A stretch of DNA of 64,000 nt, from positions 10,897 to 74,896 of IMG/VR virus record IMGVR_UViG_3300018026_000007; one strand, given 5' to 3'. Position 1 is the stretch's first letter. Each line of letters begins with the position of its first letter. Of the stretch, positions 11,777 through 22,837 are shown in pieces. The notes under the pieces were generated by a model. That model was not told where the DNA came from and made no database searches. It worked only from the letters and a program-made list of their open reading frames with translations. Source of the stretch: a virus. Both the position numbers and the translations under genes were made by a program.

Positions 11777-12289
11777 ATGACCGACCTATCGAGACGGCTG
11801 CCGCTGGCGGAACTGCAGAACACTCAAGAATATCAGCGGCTGACCCAAAAACAAAAACTGTTTGTCGCCACATACTGCGAAGGCGGCATGGTGGATGGGA
11901 ACTATGATCCTGTCGCAGCCACGCAGACGGCATATGCCTGCAAGACGCTGGAGATTGCCCGTGTCATGTCATACGCGCTGATGTCGAACATCCGCGTGGT
12001 TGCAGTGCTGAATCGGCACTTCAACGCCGAGCCGATTGAAGAATTTTTGGTGCTGCTCGACCGCGCCATCAACAATAAGCATCTCACCCTGGCGCAACTG
12101 CAGGCATTGAAACTCAAGTGTGACATCTTGGGCTACGCGAACCGACTCCCTGGGGCTCCTGGCATTCCGCGCAACGTCATCCCGCCCGACATCGCCGAAG
12201 CGTCGAAGCAAGCGCGCAAGTCGAAGCGCAAGACTCCCGAGAAGCACGCCAAGTCTGAACCCGAACCTTCCTTCGGTCAATACTTTTAA
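11777..12289 (+). CDS. Probable terminase small subunit
   Basis: LTQKQKLFVATY..DPVAATQTAY resembles the TerS N-terminal HTH. Confidence 0.6.
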   Translation: MTDLSRRLPLAELQNTQEYQRLTQKQKLFVATYCEGGMVDGNYDPVAATQTAYACKTLEIARVMSYALMSNIRVVAVLNRHFNAEPIEEFLVLLDRAINNKHLTLAQLQALKLKCDILGYANRLPGAPGIPRNVIPPDIAEASKQARKSKRKTPEKHAKSEPEPSFGQYF

Positions 12290-12310
12290 GACTTTCCTTT
12301 CCATTTGTGT

Positions 12311-12779
12311 ATGGACACTTTGCCGATTCCTGGACTCGGGATGCTTGGGCAACCGCGCCTGGGCTCTATCTTTGATGAGACGGGTACGCCCGACTCTGGG
12401 TATGAGGAAAACGGCCCATACCACTGTGAAGATTGCGTTCACAAGACGGCCATGGATGAGCCGTTCTGCATTCATCCGCGAGTGGTTGGGGACCATCGAC
12501 TTCAGGATCGGCTGGTTTCAATTGATGGCCGTCCTGCAGTGAAAGTTGATATGTGCCACGGCTGTTGCAAGTTTGTGCGGCAGGCGCGAGAAGAAGAGCA
12601 CGAGGATAAAGACAATGGCCGAGAAAATGAGTAAGGCAGCCGCTTTTCACGAAGTCTTCCACGACAAACCGAGCACGGTCGATACCAGCAAGTCGGCCAA
12701 GGGTCAGCGCAAGCAAATGATCGCCATCGCATTGTCGAAGGCGGGTTTATCAAAGCCAGGGAAGAAAGCCAAGAAATAA
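12311..12779 (+). CDS. Two hypothetical proteins (12311-12634 Cys-rich; 12615-12779 basic, KQMIAIALSKAG)
   Basis: Follow the repeated GACTTT motif; overlapping tiling. Confidence 0.55.
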
Positions 12780-12793
12780 TTTGGCCAGGCGCA

Positions 12794-14056
12794 ATGATTT
12801 CGTTCTCCAAACGAACGACGGCAGCCGTCACTGTTTTTGCCTGCATATTTGCGAATAGAGATGCGCTATCCCTGACAACAGATGTCTCTCAAGTCTCTGC
12901 CCTGTCTTTGAATTATGCGCGCTTGAATTGCGTTTACCGCCAGTTGATTCATCAAGACATAGAGCATCAGGCGATAGTTTTGGCACATATCATTGCCAGC
13001 GCGCGCCATGCGATTTGTAAGCTGAATCAAACTGTTCTGGCCATTACGCCGACGCCGCAAACCGCAGTAGCGTTGGCTCTAGTTCAATCCAAAGTCGGAG
13101 ATGCACTCTATGTGATGGCAAGCGCGGAGTTGATGGGGATCGCCACGATAGGAGACAACATGCAAGTTCAAACTTCTCGGGTAGTTCATACCGTTACGAC
13201 GGAAGACATCATAAACGGGTTCATCCCCGTGCCCGTTGTGTGGCAGACACCTTTTGCAGACAACAACTACACCGCTGTGTTTGCAGTCCATGATCTCGAG
13301 AGTACGATTGATTTGAGTGTTGGCGTACTAGATATTCACAATAAGACAGCATCTGGAATGACTGCCGTTGCGTTGTTGGCCGCTGCGTTGCCCCTGGCAC
13401 AAGGAACACTCGATGCTCTCGACGTGAACACAAATCAATCGATGGTGTTTGTTGCTCCGCTTTCTACGCTCTATCAGCTTACGTTCTATATCGCGTCGCA
13501 CAATACTGGGTCTGCGGACCAACTTTTACAATTGAACGCGGTCTACACCGATGGTAGCGGACTAGGTCAGCAATCATTTGCTCCTGTTCTTGGGGCGGTC
13601 AATGGGAATAGCACGCCACTCAACAGCCAAAATTTTTCGATTCCTTTATTTGCCGTCGCGGGGTCTCCCATCGCCATTTCGGCAGTGTTTCTGGCAAAGG
13701 TTACGGGCACTGTTACAAGCGGGGTATTTGTGCTGGGCGAAGAAGTTAAGCAAGCCAACACGAACGCGACTTCATATTTATTGGGCGGCGGATTCGAATA
13801 TACACCCACTGGCAGTGCTCCGATGTACTTGGATTCTAGCCGTATGACTGGAGCGCCCGACGCCAGTCACGCATGGACTGGGCAGACGAGCGGAGCCATT
13901 TACACCCCGTCATCCGCGCCAATCGTCTCGCCGTTTGCCTTTGATTTCTCAGTCCGAATTGTGCAGATGCCCAGTAATGCGATCACGGTCGTACCTGGAG
14001 ACCAATTTGAAATAGACGCCATTGGGGTGGCCGACCGCACACCCTGCGGCACATAG
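12794..14056 (+). CDS. Putative structural protein; internal SD+ATG at 13160
   Basis: Beta-rich T/S/G/A C-terminal part; TAGGAG upstream of 13160. Confidence 0.55.
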   Translation: MISFSKRTTAAVTVFACIFANRDALSLTTDVSQVSALSLNYARLNCVYRQLIHQDIEHQAIVLAHIIASARHAICKLNQTVLAITPTPQTAVALALVQSKVGDALYVMASAELMGIATIGDNMQVQTSRVVHTVTTEDIINGFIPVPVVWQTPFADNNYTAVFAVHDLESTIDLSVGVLDIHNKTASGMTAVALLAAALPLAQGTLDALDVNTNQSMVFVAPLSTLYQLTFYIASHNTGSADQLLQLNAVYTDGSGLGQQSFAPVLGAVNGNSTPLNSQNFSIPLFAVAGSPIAISAVFLAKVTGTVTSGVFVLGEEVKQANTNATSYLLGGGFEYTPTGSAPMYLDSSRMTGAPDASHAWTGQTSGAIYTPSSAPIVSPFAFDFSVRIVQMPSNAITVVPGDQFEIDAIGVADRTPCGT

Positions 14057-14071
14057 GATTGGAAGACGATC

Positions 14072-14485
14072 ATGCTCGCCGCTCTGCTCGCCACGCGGTC
14101 TGTATCGCCGCCTCGGGGATTTCGCTACACCAATCGGTTGGTGGCCGAAACAACTACGTTCACCTGCATTACGGTCACCAAGAAAGCGGCATTCATCACC
14201 ACCAGTCTGCCGATTCGCCAGCAGTTGAGTGTCTCTATGCCTGGCCAGGAGTCGATTCTTGACCAGTTGAATCGCCAGTTCTACCAGATGATTAACCAGT
14301 ACGCGCTGGATGGCACCGACTATCTGAGCGCGCTTATCGCCCAGGTGATCGCAATCGATGTTGTCTTGACCCCCATCCTACAGACCATGCCAGTGGCTCC
14401 GCAGAATGTGCCGTTTTTGATTCGTCTGCAGCGGGAACTGGCACGCGCGCTGGCGGTTCTGCAGTCCCTGGCCGTCCCGATCTAG
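14072..14485 (+). CDS. Hypothetical protein, paralogous to the N-terminus of the 12794 ORF
   Basis: QLNRQFYQMINQ vs RLNCVYRQLIHQ and further colinear matches. Confidence 0.55.
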   Translation: MLAALLATRSVSPPRGFRYTNRLVAETTTFTCITVTKKAAFITTSLPIRQQLSVSMPGQESILDQLNRQFYQMINQYALDGTDYLSALIAQVIAIDVVLTPILQTMPVAPQNVPFLIRLQRELARALAVLQSLAVPI

Positions 14486-14531
14486 AACAAGACTTTTCCT
14501 TTCATAAGTGGAGTCTTGCACTCTACCACCT

Positions 14532-17500
14532 ATGTCTACGCCTGCCATCATTGCCGTCACTCCAGGCACAGGGATATTGCTTGACGCCGTGAGCCTGGTT
14601 GTCGGCGCGAATACTGTCGTCCGCGAGACGATGGTAATCGCCGACCCGTCCAATCCTACCCGCTTAGCCAACGTGACGGCGGCTGGTGCGCTGCAGGTTG
14701 ATGGGTCCGCAGCGTTGCAGCCTGTCTCGACCATCGGGCAGACGATAGCAGTGACGAACGCGGGTGTTTTCGCCGTTCAGGATTCTGCTGCCGAAGGTTA
14801 CCTGGGGACAATCGCAGGAGCCATTTCCGCCAGCACAATGACGGTGACGGGAACAGTCACGGCCAACATCGGAACCACGAACGGGCTGGCTCTGGATTCT
14901 TCGCTCTCAACCATCGACGCGGACATCAAGAGCAACATCACGCTGCATGCTGGAACCAATCTTATTGGCAAAGTAGAAGTCAGCGATGGCACGAATGTGC
15001 TGTTCACTGTGGGCAATCCTGGCTATGTGCAGGGCACCATCAGTATCGGCAGCGGACCCTTTGCTGTCACGCAATCGACTTCGCCGTGGATTGTGGCGGG
15101 TGGTGGTACCGCAGGCTCGCCAGGAACAGCCGTTCTCACGGTTCAGGGTATCAGCGGCGGCCAGGCGGTGCCTGTTAGCGGAACCTTCTATCAAACTACG
15201 CAGCCCGTTTCAATTGCATCGGGGCAGGTCGCGAGCGGGGCATTTGCATCGGGCTCGATTGCTTCGGGAGCTATCGCATCGGGTGCGGCAGTCTCAGGTG
15301 CATTCGCTGACGGGTCTCTTGTTACGCTTGGTGCTGAGTCCGACGCGAAAAATTCCGCAACCGATAATACCGCCGTTACAATCATGTCCGTGTTGAAGGA
15401 AATTAGCTACATGGCGCAGAATCCTGCGGCTGTGTCTGCAACAAACAACATTGCAAACGTATCGGCAGTCGTGAATGCGGCGAATAGCAGTACTTCTGCG
15501 CTCAATGCGGGCGTATCGTTTACAGGCACTGTGGTTGATTTGATTAGCGTGATGTATACCGCAATTCAAGTTCAACTGTTGACCGATCAAAACGGGATTC
15601 TAAAAATTCAATTCAGCACAGATAACAGCCATTGGGACCATACGGTTTCTGGACTCGTCACTGCAAATGAATCGACCAGCCTAAGCACAGGTATTCATGG
15701 TCGCTACATGCGTGTGATGATGACCAATACATCCGCCAGCAATCAAACATTCTTGCGGCTTCAGACGCTGCTCGTCCCGATTCCCGTTCAGCCTACTATC
15801 AAGGATTTAGATACAGCGGTCGGCAACGACGACAACGCCATGGTTACACATACCGTAATTACAGGTATAGTGCGCTCGGCTGCCGGGTCCTTTGAGAATG
15901 TTGAGGTTTCTCCATCAGGGGCATTGCTGATAGCAACAGAAGGCTCGGTTCTGGGTGATACTGTAACAACTGCGCGCCGTAACCAAATCGAAATAAATTT
16001 TTCTAGCTCTGATGCGACAGACGCCACACTCATCACTAACACAACGTCTGGTACGGGAGCGATTACACAGGCGAATGGCGAAGCTCTATACTCAACGGGT
16101 ACGGGGGCGGCAGGCGAAGCGCAAGGCGTGACAGTTGCCTCCATTCGCTATCGTCCTGCAAACGACATTTACGCAGAATTCACTGCCGCATTTACAACAC
16201 CTACGGATGCAACTGCCGCCAACGACTATCAACGAGTTGGTGTCTATGATACAAACAACGGCTTATTCATTGGATATGAAGGGACCGCATTTGGAGTCAC
16301 AATTCGTCGCGCCACGGTCGATACGCGAGTATTATTAGCAAACTTTAATCTGGACCCGCTCGACGGTTCTGCGGATTCTGACTTCACTCGTGCGGGAGTG
16401 CCGGAAGCAGTCGATTTTACAAAATTAAATATATTTCGCATTCGGTTCGCTTGGTTTGGCGCGGGTCCCGTCTTTTTTGATATCTTCACTCCTGATGGCG
16501 CATGGTTGCCGTTTCAGATGGTTCGCAACCCCAATCTCTCAAATACGCCATACATCGCGACCCCGAATCTGCCACTAACGATAGACGCATTCAAAACTTC
16601 ATCGGACAGCACCAATCTGCAAATTCGACTCGGCTGCATGGCGGCGGGCGTGACCGAGTCTGCTATTCGTTTGTCCGATCCGATGGTCAACTCTACTCTG
16701 GCTATTCCTACTCGGTCGATTCTTGTGGGTCAGAATCCTTCCGGGTCGTACACAAACGTGGGGGTGGATGTCACCGGCTCCCTGAGTATCGGCACAATTA
16801 CCGCTGAGACGAATTCCGCAACTTCGGCGGCTTGGACTCATGCAACAGCAGGAAATACGACACTGGTCGCATCCGCCATTGGTTTTGCCAACGCGACTTT
16901 TGGATTCTCTCTGTCTGGGGGTGTCATTGCCAGCGGAGTCATTCAGTTTGAAGGGACGGTTGACGGTACCAATTGGATTGCTCTGTCTGTGGAACCTATC
17001 GCTGGACAGACCAATCCGGTTACGAGCTATAGCCTTGCCGCTGCCGCGAATAACATTTGGCAAACCTTCATAGGCGGACTTTATCAGGTTCGCATCCGCC
17101 TGAGTACAGGCATTTCAATTTCATCCGGTTCTCCGGTTGCAACTGTCTGGATTCGTCCTTCATTTGCGACAACAGAACCCACAGGATTAGTTTTTCAACC
17201 AACAGGCTCTAATCTTCATGTCGTTGTAGATTCTCCGTTGCCTTCTTTAGCCGCTGGTTCTCAAATCATCGGGCAGATCAAACTGGTAGACGGGCCGGGA
17301 AGCGTCAACCAAGCGATGGTAAAGGCTGCATCTACGCAGTCGGCATCCACCGACACCTCGTTAGTTGTTCAGATAAATCCGAACCAGCCAAACCTATCTA
17401 CAGCCTTGAACGTGAGCGCAAGCATCGCGGCAGCCCAAACACTGGCGACAGTTACTACCGTCTCTACGGTCACCACAGTAACGAATCCAGTATCAACGCG

Positions 17501-17834
17501 ACCCGCGTCACCCACGACATCTACTTGGAGTCAGGCTGCTATTAGTTTCAGCGGCAGCGGTGCAAATATACTTGTGGCGGGCGTGGGTGGTCAGACCGTT
17601 CGGATTATGCGGCTCTTTATAGTGAATTCGGATGCAGCGACCGCGACAAACATCACCATTCAAGACACAACTCCGACCTCGTTTTCGGGAGCCTTCAGAC
17701 TGGCATCGGGGGGTAGTTGGTCTGGCGATGGCGCTGGTGATCCACTCTACACTACCGCAACAGGCAAGGGATTTCAGTTAAATAGCTCGGTGGCGGTTCA
17801 GATTTCAGGAACGGTGTGGTACACGCAATCCTAA
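14532..17834 (+). CDS. Large fibre/spike-like virion protein (about 1100 aa)
   Basis: S/T/G/A-rich, TQPVS and IASGA repeats, modular beta domains. Confidence 0.6.
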   Translation: MSTPAIIAVTPGTGILLDAVSLVVGANTVVRETMVIADPSNPTRLANVTAAGALQVDGSAALQPVSTIGQTIAVTNAGVFAVQDSAAEGYLGTIAGAISASTMTVTGTVTANIGTTNGLALDSSLSTIDADIKSNITLHAGTNLIGKVEVSDGTNVLFTVGNPGYVQGTISIGSGPFAVTQSTSPWIVAGGGTAGSPGTAVLTVQGISGGQAVPVSGTFYQTTQPVSIASGQVASGAFASGSIASGAIASGAAVSGAFADGSLVTLGAESDAKNSATDNTAVTIMSVLKEISYMAQNPAAVSATNNIANVSAVVNAANSSTSALNAGVSFTGTVVDLISVMYTAIQVQLLTDQNGILKIQFSTDNSHWDHTVSGLVTANESTSLSTGIHGRYMRVMMTNTSASNQTFLRLQTLLVPIPVQPTIKDLDTAVGNDDNAMVTHTVITGIVRSAAGSFENVEVSPSGALLIATEGSVLGDTVTTARRNQIEINFSSSDATDATLITNTTSGTGAITQANGEALYSTGTGAAGEAQGVTVASIRYRPANDIYAEFTAAFTTPTDATAANDYQRVGVYDTNNGLFIGYEGTAFGVTIRRATVDTRVLLANFNLDPLDGSADSDFTRAGVPEAVDFTKLNIFRIRFAWFGAGPVFFDIFTPDGAWLPFQMVRNPNLSNTPYIATPNLPLTIDAFKTSSDSTNLQIRLGCMAAGVTESAIRLSDPMVNSTLAIPTRSILVGQNPSGSYTNVGVDVTGSLSIGTITAETNSATSAAWTHATAGNTTLVASAIGFANATFGFSLSGGVIASGVIQFEGTVDGTNWIALSVEPIAGQTNPVTSYSLAAAANNIWQTFIGGLYQVRIRLSTGISISSGSPVATVWIRPSFATTEPTGLVFQPTGSNLHVVVDSPLPSLAAGSQIIGQIKLVDGPGSVNQAMVKAASTQSASTDTSLVVQINPNQPNLSTALNVSASIAAAQTLATVTTVSTVTTVTNPVSTRPASPTTSTWSQAAISFSGSGANILVAGVGGQTVRIMRLFIVNSDAATATNITIQDTTPTSFSGAFRLASGGSWSGDGAGDPLYTTATGKGFQLNSSVAVQISGTVWYTQS

Positions 17835-17846
17835 GTTGAGGATTTC

Positions 17847-20525
17847 ATGACGATAGTAATAAACAATCCTGGCGCGAGCGTTCCGCTAACAACATACGGC
17901 GATACGCTCTATGAAAACGGAACTCCTGCGCCCGCTCGATTGCCTGGAAATATAAACCCGACACGCCGGTATCTCAGCGAACTGGGTGCGTCGGCTCTTA
18001 CGCCAACTTTGGTGCAGTCCGCTAAGAACGTCGATGTGACAGGAACGACCCATCTGACGTTTGCACAAGCGTTTTCAAACAACAATACGGCAGGAAACCT
18101 TTTGTTTGTCTCGGTAACGTGGTATGGCGCGGGCTATACCGCGTCGGTTGCGGATTCCCAAGGCAATTCAGGATGGACCCCCGTCGCGGCCAAAGTGACA
18201 AACACCACGACGACCCAGGCTTTCTACTGCCCGAACTGCAAAGCTGGCGCAAATACGATAACAGTCACTTTTAGTAATTCCTCCGCGTCGTATCAGACAC
18301 TCACCATCGCCGAATTCTCAAATGTCAACACACTGGAGACCGAGGCTCAAACGACTGGAAGCGGCACGACGGCGGCAGGCGGGTCCATCGCCCCTACAGC
18401 AACAACATCGCTTGTGGTCGGTTATGCTGGCTCGAACATCAACGGGTATAATAGTCCGAGTGCTCCATGGGCTTTGATTGGGAGCGGTGCCAGTTGTGAC
18501 GGCCAAGTAGAATATCAAGTGGCTGCTGCGGGCACTTATGCGGCGGCGTTTCCGCTCGTCGGCACTGATTCATGGCAGGGGGGCACCGCCAGTTTTTATT
18601 TGGCTCCAGCGGCATTTGTGCAGGCGACCGATGCTTACGATGGATCGGGCGGTGCCAACACCACTTACAGCAAAGCGTTTGGCTCAAATAACACAGCAGG
18701 AAATTTGTTGTTTGTTGTCATCTCCTACGAGACGGGTGTTTCGATATCATCCCTATCGGATACGAACGGCAACGCTTATGTGCCGCTGCCCGCTGTCACA
18801 AGTTCCACTCATATTACCCAGACGTTCTATGCTCTGGGGTGTAGAGCGGGAGCCAATACAGTCACGGTTGCATTCTCGGGCGCAGGGGCAACGTATCCCG
18901 ATTTGATTATCAGCGAATACTCGGGCGTGAACGCCGTAGGCTCCTATACGACAGCCACGGGAAGCAGCAATGCGCCAGCCAGCGGCAACATCACGGCAGC
19001 CCCATGGTCTTTAATTTTGGGATATGGCGACGAAGGTTCGTGTAACTGGACGGCAGGAACAAGCTGGACTTTACGCTCAACGGCGGGGAGTCGTCGAAGC
19101 GCGCTGGAAGACCAGTTGAACGTGGCATCGGGAACATATAGCGCGACTTTTTCGATAAACGTCTCGTCATCGTGGAGGGCGGGTATCGTCTGTTTCTACC
19201 AGACATTCACAGGAACGGGCGCGCCAGCTTGGTCAACTCCGTCCGCCGCCGATTTAGCCAACGGCACCACAGGATCGGGAGCGGTTGTTTTGGCAACGTC
19301 GCCGACATTAGTAACGCCCAATATCGGTGCCGCCACGGCGACCACACCAACGGCAGGCGATAGCTCTACCAAAGTCGCCACGACCGCTTTTGTTTCATCG
19401 GCGTCCGCAAATACGCTTAATGTGAATGGTTCGGTGGTGGTGACCCCGTTTGATGTGAACGCCCTAGTGAATGGTAACGGTGTTGGCGGACAGGTGAACG
19501 TAAATGGGACGCCCGTTGAAACCGCCATTTCATGTATGATCGAGAATCCCGTCAACTTAGTAAATGGGCAGCGGGCCATAGGAACCACCTACTACAACAA
19601 CACGGGATTGCCGATGCTTGTGATTGTTTCGGTCTTTTCGGATACGGCGAATGTGGTTTACACGGCGGCGGCTGATAGCAGTGCCAATCCCTCGACGGTC
19701 GTTTATAAGACCGTAGGAGACAACAACTCATCCTACAACGACGTGTCCTTGACTTTCTTCGTCATGCCTGGACAATTCTACTCGGTGACTGCGAGTGCGG
19801 GATCGACCACAATTGAAGGATGGAGAGAATTCATTTGTCAGCGAGGTGCGATGACCGATAGCGGGGATATCCACACCACTCCAGGTCGTGCGCTCGCCAC
19901 CGTTTATCAGAATACTTCAGGAAAAACCATGTTCGTGGTGGCCCAAGTGGCGTCAGTAAACGCGGCTAGTGCGGTGCTGGGTCTCTCTGATTCGTCTCCC
20001 GCCCCGACAAATGTGGTCGATAGTTTTATGCAAAACTCTAGCGGAGCCAACACCGTCACCGTCATCATGATTGTGCCCAACGGGCATTACTATGAAGTGA
20101 CTGCGGCATCGGGCTCACTGGCGTTATGGCATGAGTACTCATGGGCTATCTCATGCCAGAAATCGACCGATTTGATTTTGACATCGGGGAGCGGGCAATT
20201 GCGAACGGGTGCTGGTTCCGCCGCACAGGTAAACACTGGGTCGAGCACATCTACGTTCGGTTCGCAGCAATACTGGCAGAACAATACTCAAGCTGTTCGG
20301 TGGGTTCAAGTGATTACGACGAGCGGCGCAGCGGATAGTTTTTGTCAAATTGCGGCGGGCGACGGAATTCCGCCGTACCAGATTTTGTCGGTTTGCAGGA
20401 GACATACGGCGGCTAGTTCTCGCCACACGTATGGACCCGTTTTGCCAGGAAAAACGTATGCATTTCTTGATACGACGAACAGTACTTTGACGCAATCCCA
20501 TTGGTGGGAGTACCAACTAGGATAG
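17847..20525 (+). CDS. Tail-fibre-like protein with internal domain repeats
   Basis: DSSTKVATTAFV fibre motif; duplicated NNTAGNLLFV..FY..C.AGANT domain; repeated Y.N..G..M.V modules. Confidence 0.65.
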   Translation: MTIVINNPGASVPLTTYGDTLYENGTPAPARLPGNINPTRRYLSELGASALTPTLVQSAKNVDVTGTTHLTFAQAFSNNNTAGNLLFVSVTWYGAGYTASVADSQGNSGWTPVAAKVTNTTTTQAFYCPNCKAGANTITVTFSNSSASYQTLTIAEFSNVNTLETEAQTTGSGTTAAGGSIAPTATTSLVVGYAGSNINGYNSPSAPWALIGSGASCDGQVEYQVAAAGTYAAAFPLVGTDSWQGGTASFYLAPAAFVQATDAYDGSGGANTTYSKAFGSNNTAGNLLFVVISYETGVSISSLSDTNGNAYVPLPAVTSSTHITQTFYALGCRAGANTVTVAFSGAGATYPDLIISEYSGVNAVGSYTTATGSSNAPASGNITAAPWSLILGYGDEGSCNWTAGTSWTLRSTAGSRRSALEDQLNVASGTYSATFSINVSSSWRAGIVCFYQTFTGTGAPAWSTPSAADLANGTTGSGAVVLATSPTLVTPNIGAATATTPTAGDSSTKVATTAFVSSASANTLNVNGSVVVTPFDVNALVNGNGVGGQVNVNGTPVETAISCMIENPVNLVNGQRAIGTTYYNNTGLPMLVIVSVFSDTANVVYTAAADSSANPSTVVYKTVGDNNSSYNDVSLTFFVMPGQFYSVTASAGSTTIEGWREFICQRGAMTDSGDIHTTPGRALATVYQNTSGKTMFVVAQVASVNAASAVLGLSDSSPAPTNVVDSFMQNSSGANTVTVIMIVPNGHYYEVTAASGSLALWHEYSWAISCQKSTDLILTSGSGQLRTGAGSAAQVNTGSSTSTFGSQQYWQNNTQAVRWVQVITTSGAADSFCQIAAGDGIPPYQILSVCRRHTAASSRHTYGPVLPGKTYAFLDTTNSTLTQSHWWEYQLG

Positions 20526-20536
20526 GAGAAAATTCG

Positions 20537-22830
20537 ATGGCACAGACAATCAACTGGAGTGGCACAACACCCGCCGCCCCCGCAAACGCAATCAACGTGG
20601 CCTGGCAGAATGACAGCAGCACGCCTCCGAACATTTCGGCGAACGTGCCGAGTGGTGTCGGCGGTGCGGCCAATATCGTTGCCCGTAAAGTTCTTACCGC
20701 TCAGACGGCGGCGCAGAGTAGCGTTAGCCTTTTGTCGGTGCCGTCCAGCGGAGCGGGATTCTACAAGGTTCACTACGTCGCTACAATCACCACGGCGGCG
20801 ACGACTGGCGCGGCCACCTCTACTTTGGGTGGCTCAGCGGGCTTCCAGTTGGTCTATACCAACGGAAACGGCGACGCTGTCTCCAAAACGACAGTCGGAA
20901 CCGTAAACAACTCAACGGCAAACACGACTGGCACATCGATATCGGGGTGTGTCGCCGCCTATTGCTCGGCGTCTTCAACCTTGGCATTCAGTTTTGGCTA
21001 TGCCAGCAATACGGCGGCACAGATGGCTTACGATCTTGCAATCTTTGTCGAATTCGTGGGAGCCTAATTCTAAAATAAGACTTTCCGTTCCATAGGTAGG
21101 AGAAGGACTATGCCGAACAGTATTGCCGACACTTTGAGCGCGGCGAAGGGCGCGCTTGTTCATGCAAACGCTGCATTTCCGAGCCCATCCACCCCGAAGG
21201 CGGCACCTGCCGCACCGAAACCAGCGGCCAAAGCCGCACCGTCACTCGGCGAAGAACTAGCTGTCAAAAAGAGCATGGTGGATAAAGCGGTATCCGCGCT
21301 GCCGAAAATGCATGACGGCGGGCCCATCCTCGCGGACGGAGGCTATCAGTTGAAAGCTGGGGAGCATGTCTTGACCGCGCCGCAGGCAAAGATGGCACGC
21401 AAGCACGCGCTGATGGCTGTTGGACTAAAATCCTTGAGCAAACCAGGCAAGACAAGTTCAAAAAAGAGGGCATAACAATGAAATCGAATAGCGGACACGA
21501 GAAAGCCCCGCAACCCAAATCGGTTATGGTATTCAAGGGCATCAAGGGGCTCGTCGCTTCGGGACCAGGAACCAAAAAAGCCGTTGTCCATGCGAAGGTG
21601 CGCCCCGAGCAGAACGAGGGTGCAAAAATCCCGCAGGACGCGACGAAGAAAACGCCTACCATGACCGCATCCAAAACGGCCATGAAGACCATGCCGCATG
21701 GCAAGGTCAATGTCTCGTCGAACATTCGACCAGAAGGCGCGATTAAACGCGACGCCGCGAGCGTCGTGAAGCTGTAACTAGGGAGAATCTCATATGGGAT
21801 CGATTAGAACACTCGGGCTTGCCACTGCTGTCACAGGGACGCCGACGCCCGCCGTCTTGGCTGCCGCATACTACACCAGTTCGAATTTGGCAACGCCTGG
21901 AGTGGTGATTGCCGCTGTGTCATTCTCAATCAAGAACAACATCGCAACCATTGTGATGGGCTCTCTGCCGACGAACGGCTACAACGGTCCCAACGGCTAT
22001 CCGACCGCCAACGCGACCACGGGATCGCGGTTCGATCTTCAGTCGGTATCTCCTGCAGCGAATGGCCAGAAGGTTGTTCTGTGGGGCTTCTCAACCGCGA
22101 CGTATTTCAACGGCAAGGTTGTGACGGTTCGGGACTGCGACCCATCCACTCTATCATTCAGTTTTTATTTCAAGCATGCCGATGTCAACAGCACAAACGA
22201 CACAGGAAATACCGCGCCAGCCCCCGCCCAGCACTATCGGGCCATTCGGCTCGAATGCGGCCAGTCACTCAGCACCGACCTCATCTATGTCGGTGACGGC
22301 AACGTGTCTTCGACGCAGTATATGGCCTGCTTGTCCCTTGCGGGGCAACTCGCCATCGAGATCGCGTCGGACAACATCCCGCCCGAAGGAATTTGGATTG
22401 ATACCAGCGGGTCGTCATCTAACGACCAAGTCATGGTGACAGTGATTTACTAAGTCAGGAAAGATGAGCCATGCCCGTCCTGCATTACTCTATTAGTGGC
22501 AATGTCGGGGTGGCGGCTGCAGGCGCGACGGTAACCCTCTCGGGCGCAGCCAGTGCAACAACGACTGCCGATATTGCAGGGAACTACACGTTCGGCGGTC
22601 TTCTGAATGGCGCGTATTTTATCACACCTGCCCTGGCGGGATTTGTTTTTACCCCACACAGCGCGGCTAGATCGATATCGGGGGCAAATGTCACGGGCGT
22701 AAATTTCACGCCGTCGCCGATAGTCATACCGCCCGCATCCGTAGTTTTTAAGACAGAAATCTCCGCGCGGATTACCTCGGCGCGCACGGAGCTTGTGGGA
22801 ACAAATTTAGGCACAAGAACCATGAGGTAG
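20537..22830 (+). CDS. Small putative virion proteins (20537-21067, 21110-21475, 21478-21777, 21794-22453, 22471-22830)
   Basis: SD motifs and tiling; 22471 has an Ig/carboxypeptidase-regulatory-like pattern (GATVTLSG..GNYTF..L.NG.Y.ITP). Confidence 0.6.
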
Positions 22831-22837
22831 GTGGAGC

